Assembly (NCBI GenBank): GCA_965261975.1
Contig: CBDHEC010000020.1
Coordinates: 1-17,382, forward strand
DNA length: 17,382 nt
Source of the DNA: Alphaproteobacteria bacterium
GTDB taxonomy: Bacteria; Pseudomonadota; Alphaproteobacteria; UBA6615
Reading direction: 5' to 3'
Position numbers and translations under genes: made by a program. A model generated the notes under the pieces. That model searched no databases and had not been told where the DNA came from. It saw nothing but the letters and a program-made list of their open reading frames with translations. Below are positions 8,549 through 16,791 of the stretch, in pieces. Position 1 is the stretch's first letter, and each line of letters opens with the position of its first letter.

Positions 8549-9688
8549 ATGGCAGAAAAGAAGCAGCTCGGCCTGGCGGTCGTGGGGTGTGGTGTCGTCG
8601 GGCGGATGCGCGCGGAACTGGCGCGGGATTTCCCGGGGATAGGCTGGATCGGCCTGAGCGACGTCAACGAGAAGGTTATGAACCAGCTCGGCGAGGACAT
8701 CGACGCCGATTTCACCACCAATGATTTTCGCGAGCTGATCGCACGCCCGGAAGTGGATGCCGTGATCGTCGCCACTTCGACCTGGGCCCATGTGGAGCCC
8801 ACACTGGCCGCGGTCGAGCAGGGGCATATGCTGTTCATCGAGAAGCCGCTGGCGACGGACGCGCGCGAATCCGCACAGATTCTCGCCGCCATCGAAGCGG
8901 CCGGCGTTGATGCGGTTGTCGGCTACACCCAGCGTTTCCGCCGCCGTTTCCTTTCGGTCAAGGAACGGATCGAGACCGGTCAGATCGGCGACTTCACGGC
9001 CGCCGTCGTGCGCGCCTTCATGAACCGCATGGCCCCGACAGGCGAGACGCGCCTGACCCAGGACCGCCGCTTCCTGTCCCCGATGGTCGTGTCCGGCACC
9101 CACTCGCTCGACATGGCCTTCTGGCTCATGGGCGAGGCGGGCAATCCTGTCTCGGTCTACTCCAAGTCGACGGACAAGATTTTGCATGACGAGCTGGGCA
9201 TCAAGGACGCGACGTTCGGCATCTTTCATATGGCAGATGGGTCGATGTTCTCCATGAACATCTGCTGGGCATTGCCCAAAGTCTGGCCGGGCGCGGTCTA
9301 TGGCTTGGAGATCGGCATCGTCGGCACCGAGGGCATCATCGACATCGAGGATACCCATCGCGATGTCGTCTTTGCCTCAGACCATCATGCACAGGGCCCC
9401 GCCTACCAGCCCGACGGCCTGAGCATCGAGGCCAGGCGCAGCGTGGAATTCATGACCAGTTTCCCGCCGGGCGATACCCATGGTGGTGAGCTCTGGGGAC
9501 CGATGCGAGAGGAGACCAACACCTGGTTCCAGCGCATCTACAACAAGAAGCAGACGCCCCATGCCACCGCGGCCGAGGGCCATCGTAACCTGATGCTGAC
9601 CATGGCCATGGATCTCTCATCCAAGACCGGCAAGGAAATCAAGCTGCCGATCTCGCCGGAAGATCTGATGGAAGGCCTCGAGGCCTAG
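8549..9688 (+). CDS. Gfo/Idh/MocA family NAD(P)-dependent oxidoreductase
   Basis: Rossmann motif VVGCGVVG, plus VDAVIVAT...H, FIEKP, VGYTQRF, GTHSLD and IVGTEG. RBS gggag. Confidence 0.92.
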   Translation: MAEKKQLGLAVVGCGVVGRMRAELARDFPGIGWIGLSDVNEKVMNQLGEDIDADFTTNDFRELIARPEVDAVIVATSTWAHVEPTLAAVEQGHMLFIEKPLATDARESAQILAAIEAAGVDAVVGYTQRFRRRFLSVKERIETGQIGDFTAAVVRAFMNRMAPTGETRLTQDRRFLSPMVVSGTHSLDMAFWLMGEAGNPVSVYSKSTDKILHDELGIKDATFGIFHMADGSMFSMNICWALPKVWPGAVYGLEIGIVGTEGIIDIEDTHRDVVFASDHHAQGPAYQPDGLSIEARRSVEFMTSFPPGDTHGGELWGPMREETNTWFQRIYNKKQTPHATAAEGHRNLMLTMAMDLSSKTGKEIKLPISPEDLMEGLEA

Positions 9689-9700
9689 CGGGGGTAGCGG

Positions 9701-10561
9701 ATGTCGGAAGACTTGCCAGCCTGGGTCGGGCGCAGCGAGACCCGGGAGGACATTGTCGGCGTGGAGCGCTGCGTGGCCATGCAGGCAGCGCTGGATTCGT
9801 CCGTCTTCGGCGGTGCGGATCAGCTGGCGGCGGGCGATGCCCTGCCACCGCTCTGGCACTGGCTCTATTTCTGGGACATCGCCGCGCGGTCGGGCCTCGG
9901 CCGTGACGGCCACCCGGCCCTCTCGGGCGAGTTCCTGCCGCCCGTCGGGCCCGCGCGGCGCATGTGGGCGGGCAGCCGTGTGTCGTTTCCGGGCACCCTG
10001 ACGCTCGGCGAGCCGGCGACGCGGGTCTCGACCATCGACAAGATTGCGGAGAAAGAAGGCCGCAGCGGTCGCCTGGTCTTCGTCACGGTGCGTCATGAGG
10101 TTTCCGGCAGCGGGGGGCTCGCTGTCGTCGACGAGCATGACATCGTCTATCGCGAAGACACCGGCGAGGCCGGTGCGACGGCCCGGCCGGGCGAGCCGGC
10201 TCCCGACGATGCCGACTGGAGCGAACCCGTCGACCCGGACCCGACCCTGCTGTTTCGTTATTCGGCGATCACCTTCAACGGTCACCGTATCCACTACGAC
10301 CGCGACTATGCGCGAGACGTGGAGGGCTATGGCGGGCTCGTCGTCCATGGGCCGTTGCTCGCCACATATATGTGCGGACTGGCAGGTCATTCATGGTCGG
10401 ACCGTCCGGTGGCGGGGTTCGAGTTTCGTGGCATGCGGCCGGTCTTCGATACCGAGGCCTTCACCGTTTGCGGCAAGGCGGACGGCGATGATGCAATCGA
10501 TGTCTGGGTCGCCAACGGCGACGGGCATCTGGCGATGAAGGGACGAACAACGTTCGCGTAA
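9701..10561 (+). CDS. Double-hotdog (MaoC/HTD2-like) acyl-CoA hydratase of the itaconyl-CoA/mesaconyl-C4-CoA hydratase family
   Basis: Motifs LPPLWHWLYF, LGRDGHP, RRMWAG, KEGRSGRLVFV, LFRYSAITFNGHRIHYD and LVVHGPL. Confidence 0.88.
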   Translation: MSEDLPAWVGRSETREDIVGVERCVAMQAALDSSVFGGADQLAAGDALPPLWHWLYFWDIAARSGLGRDGHPALSGEFLPPVGPARRMWAGSRVSFPGTLTLGEPATRVSTIDKIAEKEGRSGRLVFVTVRHEVSGSGGLAVVDEHDIVYREDTGEAGATARPGEPAPDDADWSEPVDPDPTLLFRYSAITFNGHRIHYDRDYARDVEGYGGLVVHGPLLATYMCGLAGHSWSDRPVAGFEFRGMRPVFDTEAFTVCGKADGDDAIDVWVANGDGHLAMKGRTTFA

Positions 10562-10565
10562 CGGG

Positions 10566-11594
10566 CTAGATCGCGACAAGCTCGCGGATCAAATCCATGT
10601 TGCACGCGCCGGGCTCGATCTCGCCGGCATGTATCCGGCGGGTCACCTCGACGATCGCCTGGCTGGCCGGGGCTGTTTGTCCGGCCGAGACTAGCGTCTC
10701 CGCAACGATACCGTTGATGCCATCGGTCTCGCTCATGCGGCCCTTCGAATGGTCCTGCAGGATGGTCGTCGGCGTGTCGGGCAGGGTGAAGGATTCGAGT
10801 TTCTCGACCAGCAGTTCGAGCAGGTTGTTGGCGTTCTCGATCTCGGATTGCTTCAGCCCGACGATGGGCACCGGCTTGTAGCCGCGCGCCTCTCCGGCCG
10901 CCAGGGCCTCGGCACCGGCCTTGAGCATCAGGCCGCGCATGCCGGGGATCTCGTAGGACTCGTTTAGTCCTGAGCCCAGCAACGCGGCGGTCGCCAAAGT
11001 CATGGAATTCATCACCAGCTTCATCCACTTGGCCGACAGGATGTCGTCGACGATCTCGACCTCGCCCACATGACGCAGAAGTTCCGCGACTTCTTCCTCG
11101 CGGCCGTTCGTTGCCGGATGGACGCTGCCGAGCGCGAACCATGATCCGTTGTCCGGCGGCGAGCGCCGGATCACCACGCCCGGGCCCTCCAGTTCGCCCG
11201 CCAGCTCGATGACGCAGGGCAGGGTGCGTTCGGGGCCGACCACCTCGGCGATGGTCTCCGCCGTCATCCCGTTTTGCACCCCGATGAGCAGGCCGTCCGG
11301 GGCGAGGTGAGGCTTGATGAGTTCTGCCGCCCAGCGGGAGTCGTAGGCCTTGAACAGCATCAGCACGATGTCGAAGGGCTCGGTGAATGTCGCGATGTCG
11401 CACAGGTGATAGGCGTCGACATTTGTGTGAATGGTCTCGCCGGGCATTTTGACCGTCACGCCATTGGCGCGCATGGTTTCTACATGTTCGGGCCACTGGT
11501 CGATCAGCTTCACGTCGAGCCCTGCGCGGGCCAGGTCCGCCCCGATGGCCGCCCCGTTGGCGCCGGAGCCCAGGATGGCGACGCGTTTGGTCAC
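10566..11594 (-). CDS. Ketopantoate reductase (PanE/ApbA) family oxidoreductase, substrate uncertain
   Basis: Motifs ILGSGANG, DQWPEHV, KAYD, QNG, KWMKLVMN (catalytic Lys) and LQD...GRMSETDGING. GTG start at 11594. Confidence 0.87.
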   Translation of the reverse strand: MTKRVAILGSGANGAAIGADLARAGLDVKLIDQWPEHVETMRANGVTVKMPGETIHTNVDAYHLCDIATFTEPFDIVLMLFKAYDSRWAAELIKPHLAPDGLLIGVQNGMTAETIAEVVGPERTLPCVIELAGELEGPGVVIRRSPPDNGSWFALGSVHPATNGREEEVAELLRHVGEVEIVDDILSAKWMKLVMNSMTLATAALLGSGLNESYEIPGMRGLMLKAGAEALAAGEARGYKPVPIVGLKQSEIENANNLLELLVEKLESFTLPDTPTTILQDHSKGRMSETDGINGIVAETLVSAGQTAPASQAIVEVTRRIHAGEIEPGACNMDLIRELVAI

Positions 11595-11604
11595 TTGTGC
11601 GTTC

Positions 11605-12300
11605 TCACGCCAACGACTTCCCGAAACGCCAGCGGTGGATGTTGATTTCGCCGAATACGCCGCCCGCCGTCATGGGTTCGTTGGCGACGAGCAACTCCGC
11701 CGTATTCCGGTCGGCGACCTCGATAAGGAACAGGCTCCCGAGCAGGCCGGTCCCGTCATCGCTGCGCAGCGGGCCGTGGGCAAAGTAGCGCTCGATGAGC
11801 GAGCCCTGATAGTCGTGATGGTCGGCGGCGGTTTTGGGGCGCAGGCTCGCGGCGTCGGGCCCGTCGAGGCATTCGCAAACGAACAGCTGTAAATCCGGGT
11901 CGGGGTCCCGGTCGTAGTATTTCAGGCGCTTGGAACTGACGAACCGGGTAATGGTCGCGGGCTCCAGCATGCCGGCCTTCGCGTAGCCGTCGCCGGAGAC
12001 ATATTCTTCCGCCGCGGCTCTATCCGGCAGCTCGATGATGCACATGGTGCCGAGCGGTGTTGCCCCGTCGTCGCTCAGGATCGGCCCGGCGAAATGAACA
12101 TGGTCGCGATATCCGGCCTGGTAGGCGAGATGCGCCGCCATGGCCGCGTCGCGCTTTTCGGCAGCACCCGGGGCGTACATGGACCGGATGAACCATTGGG
12201 GCGGCTGGGCCAGGTAGTAGTCCTGCAACGCCTGGCCCGACAGGCCGTAACGGGGGTCATCGGGCCGGTAGCCGCCGGGATTGGCGGGGTCACCAACCAT
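11605..12300 (-). CDS. Tandem two-domain YciI family protein
   Basis: Two internally similar units: R..AMAAHLAY...AGPILSDDG...GTMCIIE..DRAAAE...DGY and R..TAADHHDY...HGPLRSDDG...GSLFLIE..DRNTAE...EPM. The ATG lies 1 nt after the GST stop codon. Confidence 0.85.
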   Translation of the reverse strand: MVGDPANPGGYRPDDPRYGLSGQALQDYYLAQPPQWFIRSMYAPGAAEKRDAAMAAHLAYQAGYRDHVHFAGPILSDDGATPLGTMCIIELPDRAAAEEYVSGDGYAKAGMLEPATITRFVSSKRLKYYDRDPDPDLQLFVCECLDGPDAASLRPKTAADHHDYQGSLIERYFAHGPLRSDDGTGLLGSLFLIEVADRNTAELLVANEPMTAGGVFGEINIHRWRFGKSLA

Positions 12301-12301
12301 C

Positions 12302-12994
12302 CTATTCGGCCGCGACCGTGTTCTCGAAGAATTCCCGCGCGTAGAGTTCGCGGCGGTGCAGATTGCCGATGAACTCCGCCTCGAAGTTGTCCGGCACCGC
12401 GCCGGTCACCCGTTCGTCGGCCATCAGTGTCTCTGCCCAGGCGCGGATCAGCGGGAAGTCCCGGAGCACGTCGTTCTTCAGCCCGTCGTCGATCAACAGA
12501 TAGCGTTGCAGGAAGGGCGCATAGGCCGCGTCCACCAGCGACAGGTCCGGTCCGTTGAAGAACGGCCCGTCATTGCCGCGCCCGGCGAGCGCACTCTCCA
12601 CCTTTTCCAGCACGGCCGGTGCGGCCTCGACCGCTGCCTCCATGTCTTCCCGGGTCTTCGCGTAGTGGATCTTGCTCAGCGCGCCCGCGAAGGTCGGCGT
12701 GAAGTCCGTCCATGCGCGGTTCTTGGCCCGGGCGATCGGGTCTTCCGGGTGCAGGCGCGGCGATACCACCTCGTCGAGATACTCGGCGATGGCGCTAGAC
12801 TCGAACAGGATCTCGTCATCGACCTTGAGGACGGGAACCTTGCCGTGGGGCGAGATTTCGAGGAACCAGTCGGGCTTCTCGCGGAGATTTATATAGGTGA
12901 CATCGAACTCGACATCTTTGGCGCGCAAAAGGATCACGGCGCGCTGGACCCATGGTCAGGTGAACGAGCTGATCAGGTGATACTTGACGGTCAT
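12302..12994 (-). CDS. Glutathione S-transferase (omega-like CP[FYW] type), 230 aa, probable selenoprotein with Sec13 encoded by an in-frame TGA
   Basis: Reads MTVKYHLISSFT-[TGA]-PWVQRAVILLRAKDVEF...KPDWFLEISPHGKVPVL...LFESSAIAEYLDE...SLVDAAYAP. The RBS aaggggg sits just before ATG 12994. The ORF track splits the gene into 12302-12937 and the tail of 12956-13999. Confidence 0.85.
12921..12958 (-). promoter_or_regulatory. UGA codon plus putative bacterial SECIS hairpin
   Basis: mRNA reads UGA CCAUGGGUCCA GCGCGC CGUGAUCCUUUU GCGCGC. There is an 11-nt spacer, a 6-bp GC stem (12944-12939 with 12926-12921) and a 12-nt loop with GU at loop positions 2-3. Confidence 0.6.
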
Positions 12995-13019
12995 GAATTC
13001 CCCCTTGGAAGCGGTGTAA

Positions 13020-13048
13020 ATCATAGGCCGCCAGTCGGCGACGGTCAA
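13020..13048 (-). promoter_or_regulatory. Sigma70-type promoter of the GST-YciI-PanE-like operon
   Basis: Minus strand TTGACC (13048-13043), 17-nt spacer, TATGAT (13025-13020). Each box matches consensus at 5 of 6 positions and the -10 box ends 25 nt upstream of ATG 12994. Confidence 0.7.
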
Positions 13049-13162
13049 AAATCGTCCGTGTTCCACCGCATGAGCTCTGACGATGTTGTGAGCGGTCAAT
13101 TGATTGGTCGCGGCCTGCAACCCGGCTAGCCTAATGGGAAATCGAACCTGCGGGAGAAGATC

Positions 13163-14017
13163 ATGAGCAAGAGCCTGAAACTTGCACTCATCGGCGCAGC
13201 CTCGCTTGCCGCCATGGCGGTGCCGGGGGTTGCCGGCGCCCAGCAGATTTCTGCCGTGGCCGACGGCATTCACGTCATCATGGGGCGCGGGGGCAATATT
13301 GGCGTCTCGGTCGGTGAGGACGGCGTCTTCATGATCGACGATCAGTTTGCACCCGCGACCCCGGCGATTCTCGAGCAGATCAGGACCGTCACCGATCAGC
13401 CGGTGCGCTTCCTCGTGAACACCCATTTCCACCGTGATCACACCGGCGGCAATGAGAATCTCGGCAAGGCCGGGGTGCTCATTTTCGCCCATGACAATGT
13501 CTGCGCGCGCCTGCTCGCCGCGGATGCCCCCAAGGCCGCGTTGCCCGTCGTGACCTTCAACGACGCCACCACATTCCATATGAACGGCCAGACGGTGCGT
13601 GTGTTTCACACGGCGAACGCCCACACGGACGGCGATGCGATGATCCATTTCCAGGAGGCCGATGTCATCCACATGGGGGACACCTTCTTCAACGGTTTCT
13701 ACCCGTTCATCGATTCCCGCTCGGGAGGCTCGGTAGAGGGCGTATTCGCGACCATCGACACGGTCCTCGCCCTGGCCGACGACGACACGGTCATCATCCC
13801 GGGTCACGGGCCGGTTGCAAACCGCGCCGACCTGATCGTCTACCGCGACATGCTGATCAAGGCGCGTGACGGCATCATGCCCCTGATCGCGGACGGCAAG
13901 TCGGTGGAGGATATTATCGCGGCGAAACCCCTGGCCGATCTCGATGCGGATTGGGGCGGCGGGTTCCTGAACCGGGAACGGTTCCTGCGGGTGATGCACG
14001 CGGCCCTGACGAAATAG
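13163..14017 (+). CDS. Secreted MBL-fold metallo-hydrolase (cyclase-like subgroup)
   Basis: Signal peptide MSKSLKLALIGAASLAAMAVPGVAGA, followed by GGNIG, IDDQF, NTHFHRDHTGGN (HxHxDH), HTDGD, HMGD and IPGHG. RBS gggaga. Confidence 0.92.
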   Translation: MSKSLKLALIGAASLAAMAVPGVAGAQQISAVADGIHVIMGRGGNIGVSVGEDGVFMIDDQFAPATPAILEQIRTVTDQPVRFLVNTHFHRDHTGGNENLGKAGVLIFAHDNVCARLLAADAPKAALPVVTFNDATTFHMNGQTVRVFHTANAHTDGDAMIHFQEADVIHMGDTFFNGFYPFIDSRSGGSVEGVFATIDTVLALADDDTVIIPGHGPVANRADLIVYRDMLIKARDGIMPLIADGKSVEDIIAAKPLADLDADWGGGFLNRERFLRVMHAALTK

Positions 14018-14048
14018 GCCGCGCTGCCCGCGATGAGTTCAGGCACGG

Positions 14049-14429
14049 TTAACTCGGGCAGTCTCTAAACCGCTGCAATGCGATGAGCGTGTCCCATCGC
14101 TCCTGAATGGCATCGAGGCGACGCTTTTCACCGGGGTTTTCCTTCGCCGCCACCAGGGGAAAAAGGAAGAGTCCGCCGAGGTAGCCTGCGACCTGGTTGC
14201 GCTTCCGGTTTCCCTTGATAACGCCGGTGAGTTTTCCGGCCTCGTCGGTGAGGGCCGCCTGCTCCGACACGATGGTAACGCAGGATTTGTCCAAATCCGC
14301 GCGTTCGAACTGGTCGGCGGAAAGCTTCGCGCTGGCGTTCACCGAGCCATAGTCGGGCGGTAGGTCCGGGGCGGACCGGGCACAGGCGGCCAGCAGCACG
14401 CCACCGGCAATGAGCAATATGAGACGCAT
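14049..14429 (-). CDS. Hypothetical lipoprotein
   Basis: Lipobox LLAA-C at residue 16, two further Cys (KSC, RDC) and a short hydrophobic GYLGGLFLFPLVAA segment. Confidence 0.7.
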   Translation of the reverse strand: MRLILLIAGGVLLAACARSAPDLPPDYGSVNASAKLSADQFERADLDKSCVTIVSEQAALTDEAGKLTGVIKGNRKRNQVAGYLGGLFLFPLVAAKENPGEKRRLDAIQERWDTLIALQRFRDCPS

Positions 14430-14430
14430 G

Positions 14431-14848
14431 CTACTGGACGAAGTAGACCGCGCGACCCTAACCGTCGAGGGACCCCCCAGCTGAACACCGAGACCCCGAC
14501 GGACCCATAACGGGTGAGGATGACGGCATCGGCACCCAACTCCGCGGCTTTATCGCGCAGGCGTTCGTCGACCATCGCGGGGGTCGGGTCGGCATTGAAG
14601 ATCGTCGTCTTGTTGACCGTGACCTTGATGTCCCCGATCACCTCATATTTGCGATCCTTGATGTCGTCCTTGGTGATGATCACCGCCGCGGCATTCGTGG
14701 CGGGGCGGTTGCTGGTGACTTGCTTGGGTTCATCCAGCGTCGATGTTTTGCTTTCGCCGGGCGCGCTGACGGATGTCGACGAATAGCTCGCGCACGCCGA
14801 CAGGGCGAACGCCATGGCCACAACTATACCGAGATTGCGAAACTTCAT
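14431..14848 (-). pseudogene. Disrupted lipoprotein with a YbjQ/RcsF-like domain (frameshift in a G6 run plus an in-frame TAG)
   Basis: Lipobox LSA-C, Ser/Thr linker, YEVIGDI and LRDKAAELGADAVI. Removing one G from the run at 14473-14478 gives WGSLDG*GRAVYFVQ*, ending at 14431, 1 nt before the next ATG. As written, the frame runs about 90 nt into the next gene. Confidence 0.65.
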
Positions 14849-14971
14849 CGGATAGCTCCCCAGGTTACGTGTCCGCTAAACTATGCCAGAGAAAATAGCA
14901 TATCGACCAGAGCGTAACCGAACCCGAAGATAACCTTTGCGTGCATGGCGGCCTTGCGCCTGAAGCAGGAA

Positions 14972-15868
14972 CTAGTCGCCGGATTCCGAGGGTGGTGTTT
15001 CTCTCGGAATGCCCGCCATCGCTTCCAGCACGGCGAGGATCGAGGCGGCATCCTGCTGTTGCCAGCCCTGAGCGCCGGCGGCGATATAGTAGGGCATCGC
15101 CGCGTCGAACATCGGCGTGGGGCAGTCGTGGGCCGCGGCGAAGTCGCGGATCACGTCCTTGTCCTTGAGCTGGATGGCGAGCTCCGCCGTCGGGTCGTCA
15201 TAGTCCCCCTTGATCCACTTGTCGGCACGGATATCGAACACCCGGGACGCCGCTGCGCTTTGCTTCACGGCATCCGCCATCAGCTGCAGGTCGACCCCGG
15301 CCTTGCGGGCCAGCAGGAATGCCTCCGCGCTCGCCATGTTGTGGATCGAGATCATCAGGTTGAGGATGTACTTGATCTTGGCGCTTTCGCCGAACCCGCC
15401 GACATGCAGCACGCTCTTGCAGAAACTTTCGAGCGCAGGTCGTACACGGTCGAATGCGTCTTCTTCGCCGCTTACGAGCATGGCCAGTTCGCCTGCCTGA
15501 GCCTGGGGACGTGCGCCACTGACCGGGCAATCGAGAAGGTCGATACCGGCGCGCGCGAGTTCCTCATGGGCGCCGCGTTTTTCCTCGATAGGGAATGTGC
15601 AGAGATCGGCAACCACGAGGCCCCGGCGGCCGGTGGCCGAAATGGCGGCGAGGGACGCCCGCCAGGCCGTCAGGGTGGCGACCGCGAGGACGATCAGGTC
15701 CGTGCGCGAGGCCACATCCGCCGCGTCGACACCTGCCTCGATACCCGCGGCCGAGATCCGCGCGGCGTCGGTGTCGTAACCGATGACCCGATGACCGGAG
15801 CCGGCGAGATTCTTCGCGACGCCGCCACCGATGTTTCCGAGTCCAACGACCCCAGCTGTCAGTGCCAT
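14972..15868 (-). CDS. Beta-hydroxyacid dehydrogenase (3-hydroxyisobutyrate dehydrogenase family), downstream copy
   Basis: Motifs GVVGLGNIGG, DLCT, LDCPVSG, KIKYILNL (catalytic Lys) and LKD. Confidence 0.9.
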   Translation of the reverse strand: MALTAGVVGLGNIGGGVAKNLAGSGHRVIGYDTDAARISAAGIEAGVDAADVASRTDLIVLAVATLTAWRASLAAISATGRRGLVVADLCTFPIEEKRGAHEELARAGIDLLDCPVSGARPQAQAGELAMLVSGEEDAFDRVRPALESFCKSVLHVGGFGESAKIKYILNLMISIHNMASAEAFLLARKAGVDLQLMADAVKQSAAASRVFDIRADKWIKGDYDDPTAELAIQLKDKDVIRDFAAAHDCPTPMFDAAMPYYIAAGAQGWQQQDAASILAVLEAMAGIPRETPPSESGD

Positions 15869-16791
15869 TACTTTTTCTTGCGGGCCGGGCGCTTCTTGCG
15901 CGGGATCCCGGCCATCTGTTCGTAGACGCGGGTGACCACGCCGGGGTCCTCCTGTCCGTAACCCTGGGCGAGAGCTGCGTAGGCGCTGAACATGCTCGCC
16001 TGGAACACGGGCACCGGGACGCTGAAGTCCTTGGCGTAATTCTCGATCAGGTTGTTGTCCTTGATCAGGACCGTCAGGTCGGCGGTCTTGGTTTTCGGGT
16101 TGTTGTAGTCGTCGGCCAGCATCAGGGGGCCGCGATATTCGATCACCCGGGAGTTGCCCGCCGAACGGGTCAGCGCCTCGGCGAACACATCGAGATCGAT
16201 GCCGGAGGCGCGGGCGAGTGTGATTGCTTCGGCGAAGGCCGCGCCGTGCACGCTGATCAACATGTTGATCAGCAGCTTGAGCCGCATGCCGTTGCCGAAG
16301 GGGCCGACGTAATACTGGACCATCGAGAAAGCCTCGAGGATCTCATGGACGGTCTTGAAGTCCTTCTTCGTGCCGCTCGCCATGGTCGTGATCTGGCCGG
16401 AGGCGGCCTGCTGGCCGGCGCCGGAGACGGGGCAATCCACCATGCTGGCGCCCTTTTTGGCGAGGGCTGCCTGAGCGCGTTCCTTGTCGGCGATATCGAG
16501 GGTCGAGGTCTCGATCAGGATCATGCCCTTATGCGCGCCCGCGAGGATCCCGGCCTTGCCCGTGACCACAGCATCGAGAATGGCTGCCGAGGTGAGGGAG
16601 GTGATCACGACGTCGGATTTGCGTGCCACGTCGGCAGCGCTCTTGCCTGCCTTGCCACCTGCCTTCACCAGGGCGTTCATCTTGGATTTGACCGGATCGT
16701 ATCCGGTGACCTTGAATCCGGCCTTGGCGATGTTGGCGGCGAACGCGCCCCCCATGATTCCCAGACCGACCACGCCAACGCGCAATGCCAT
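15868..16791 (-). CDS. Beta-hydroxyacid dehydrogenase (3-hydroxyisobutyrate dehydrogenase family), upstream copy
   Basis: Motifs GVVGLGIMGG, ETST, VDCPVSG, RLKLLINM and IKD. The stop overlaps the next start (TAATG at 15870-15866). Confidence 0.92.
   Translation of the reverse strand: MALRVGVVGLGIMGGAFAANIAKAGFKVTGYDPVKSKMNALVKAGGKAGKSAADVARKSDVVITSLTSAAILDAVVTGKAGILAGAHKGMILIETSTLDIADKERAQAALAKKGASMVDCPVSGAGQQAASGQITTMASGTKKDFKTVHEILEAFSMVQYYVGPFGNGMRLKLLINMLISVHGAAFAEAITLARASGIDLDVFAEALTRSAGNSRVIEYRGPLMLADDYNNPKTKTADLTVLIKDNNLIENYAKDFSVPVPVFQASMFSAYAALAQGYGQEDPGVVTRVYEQMAGIPRKKRPARKKK

Noticed and set aside
12956-13999. 347-aa minus-strand ORF
   Set aside because: It is mostly antisense to the MBL gene. 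Only its last 12 codons (from ATG 12994) appear real, as the GST N-terminus.
13163-14017. Beta-lactamase or persulfide dioxygenase assignment for the MBL protein
   Set aside because: The IDDQF, HTGGN and HTDGD motifs plus a signal peptide fit the uncharacterised cyclase-like subgroup. No evidence supports either specific activity.
14458-14460. Pyrrolysine or other amber recoding of the TAG in the lipoprotein gene
   Set aside because: There are no pyl genes in the window, TAG is used as a normal stop by many genes here, and a frameshift is also needed to reach the codon.
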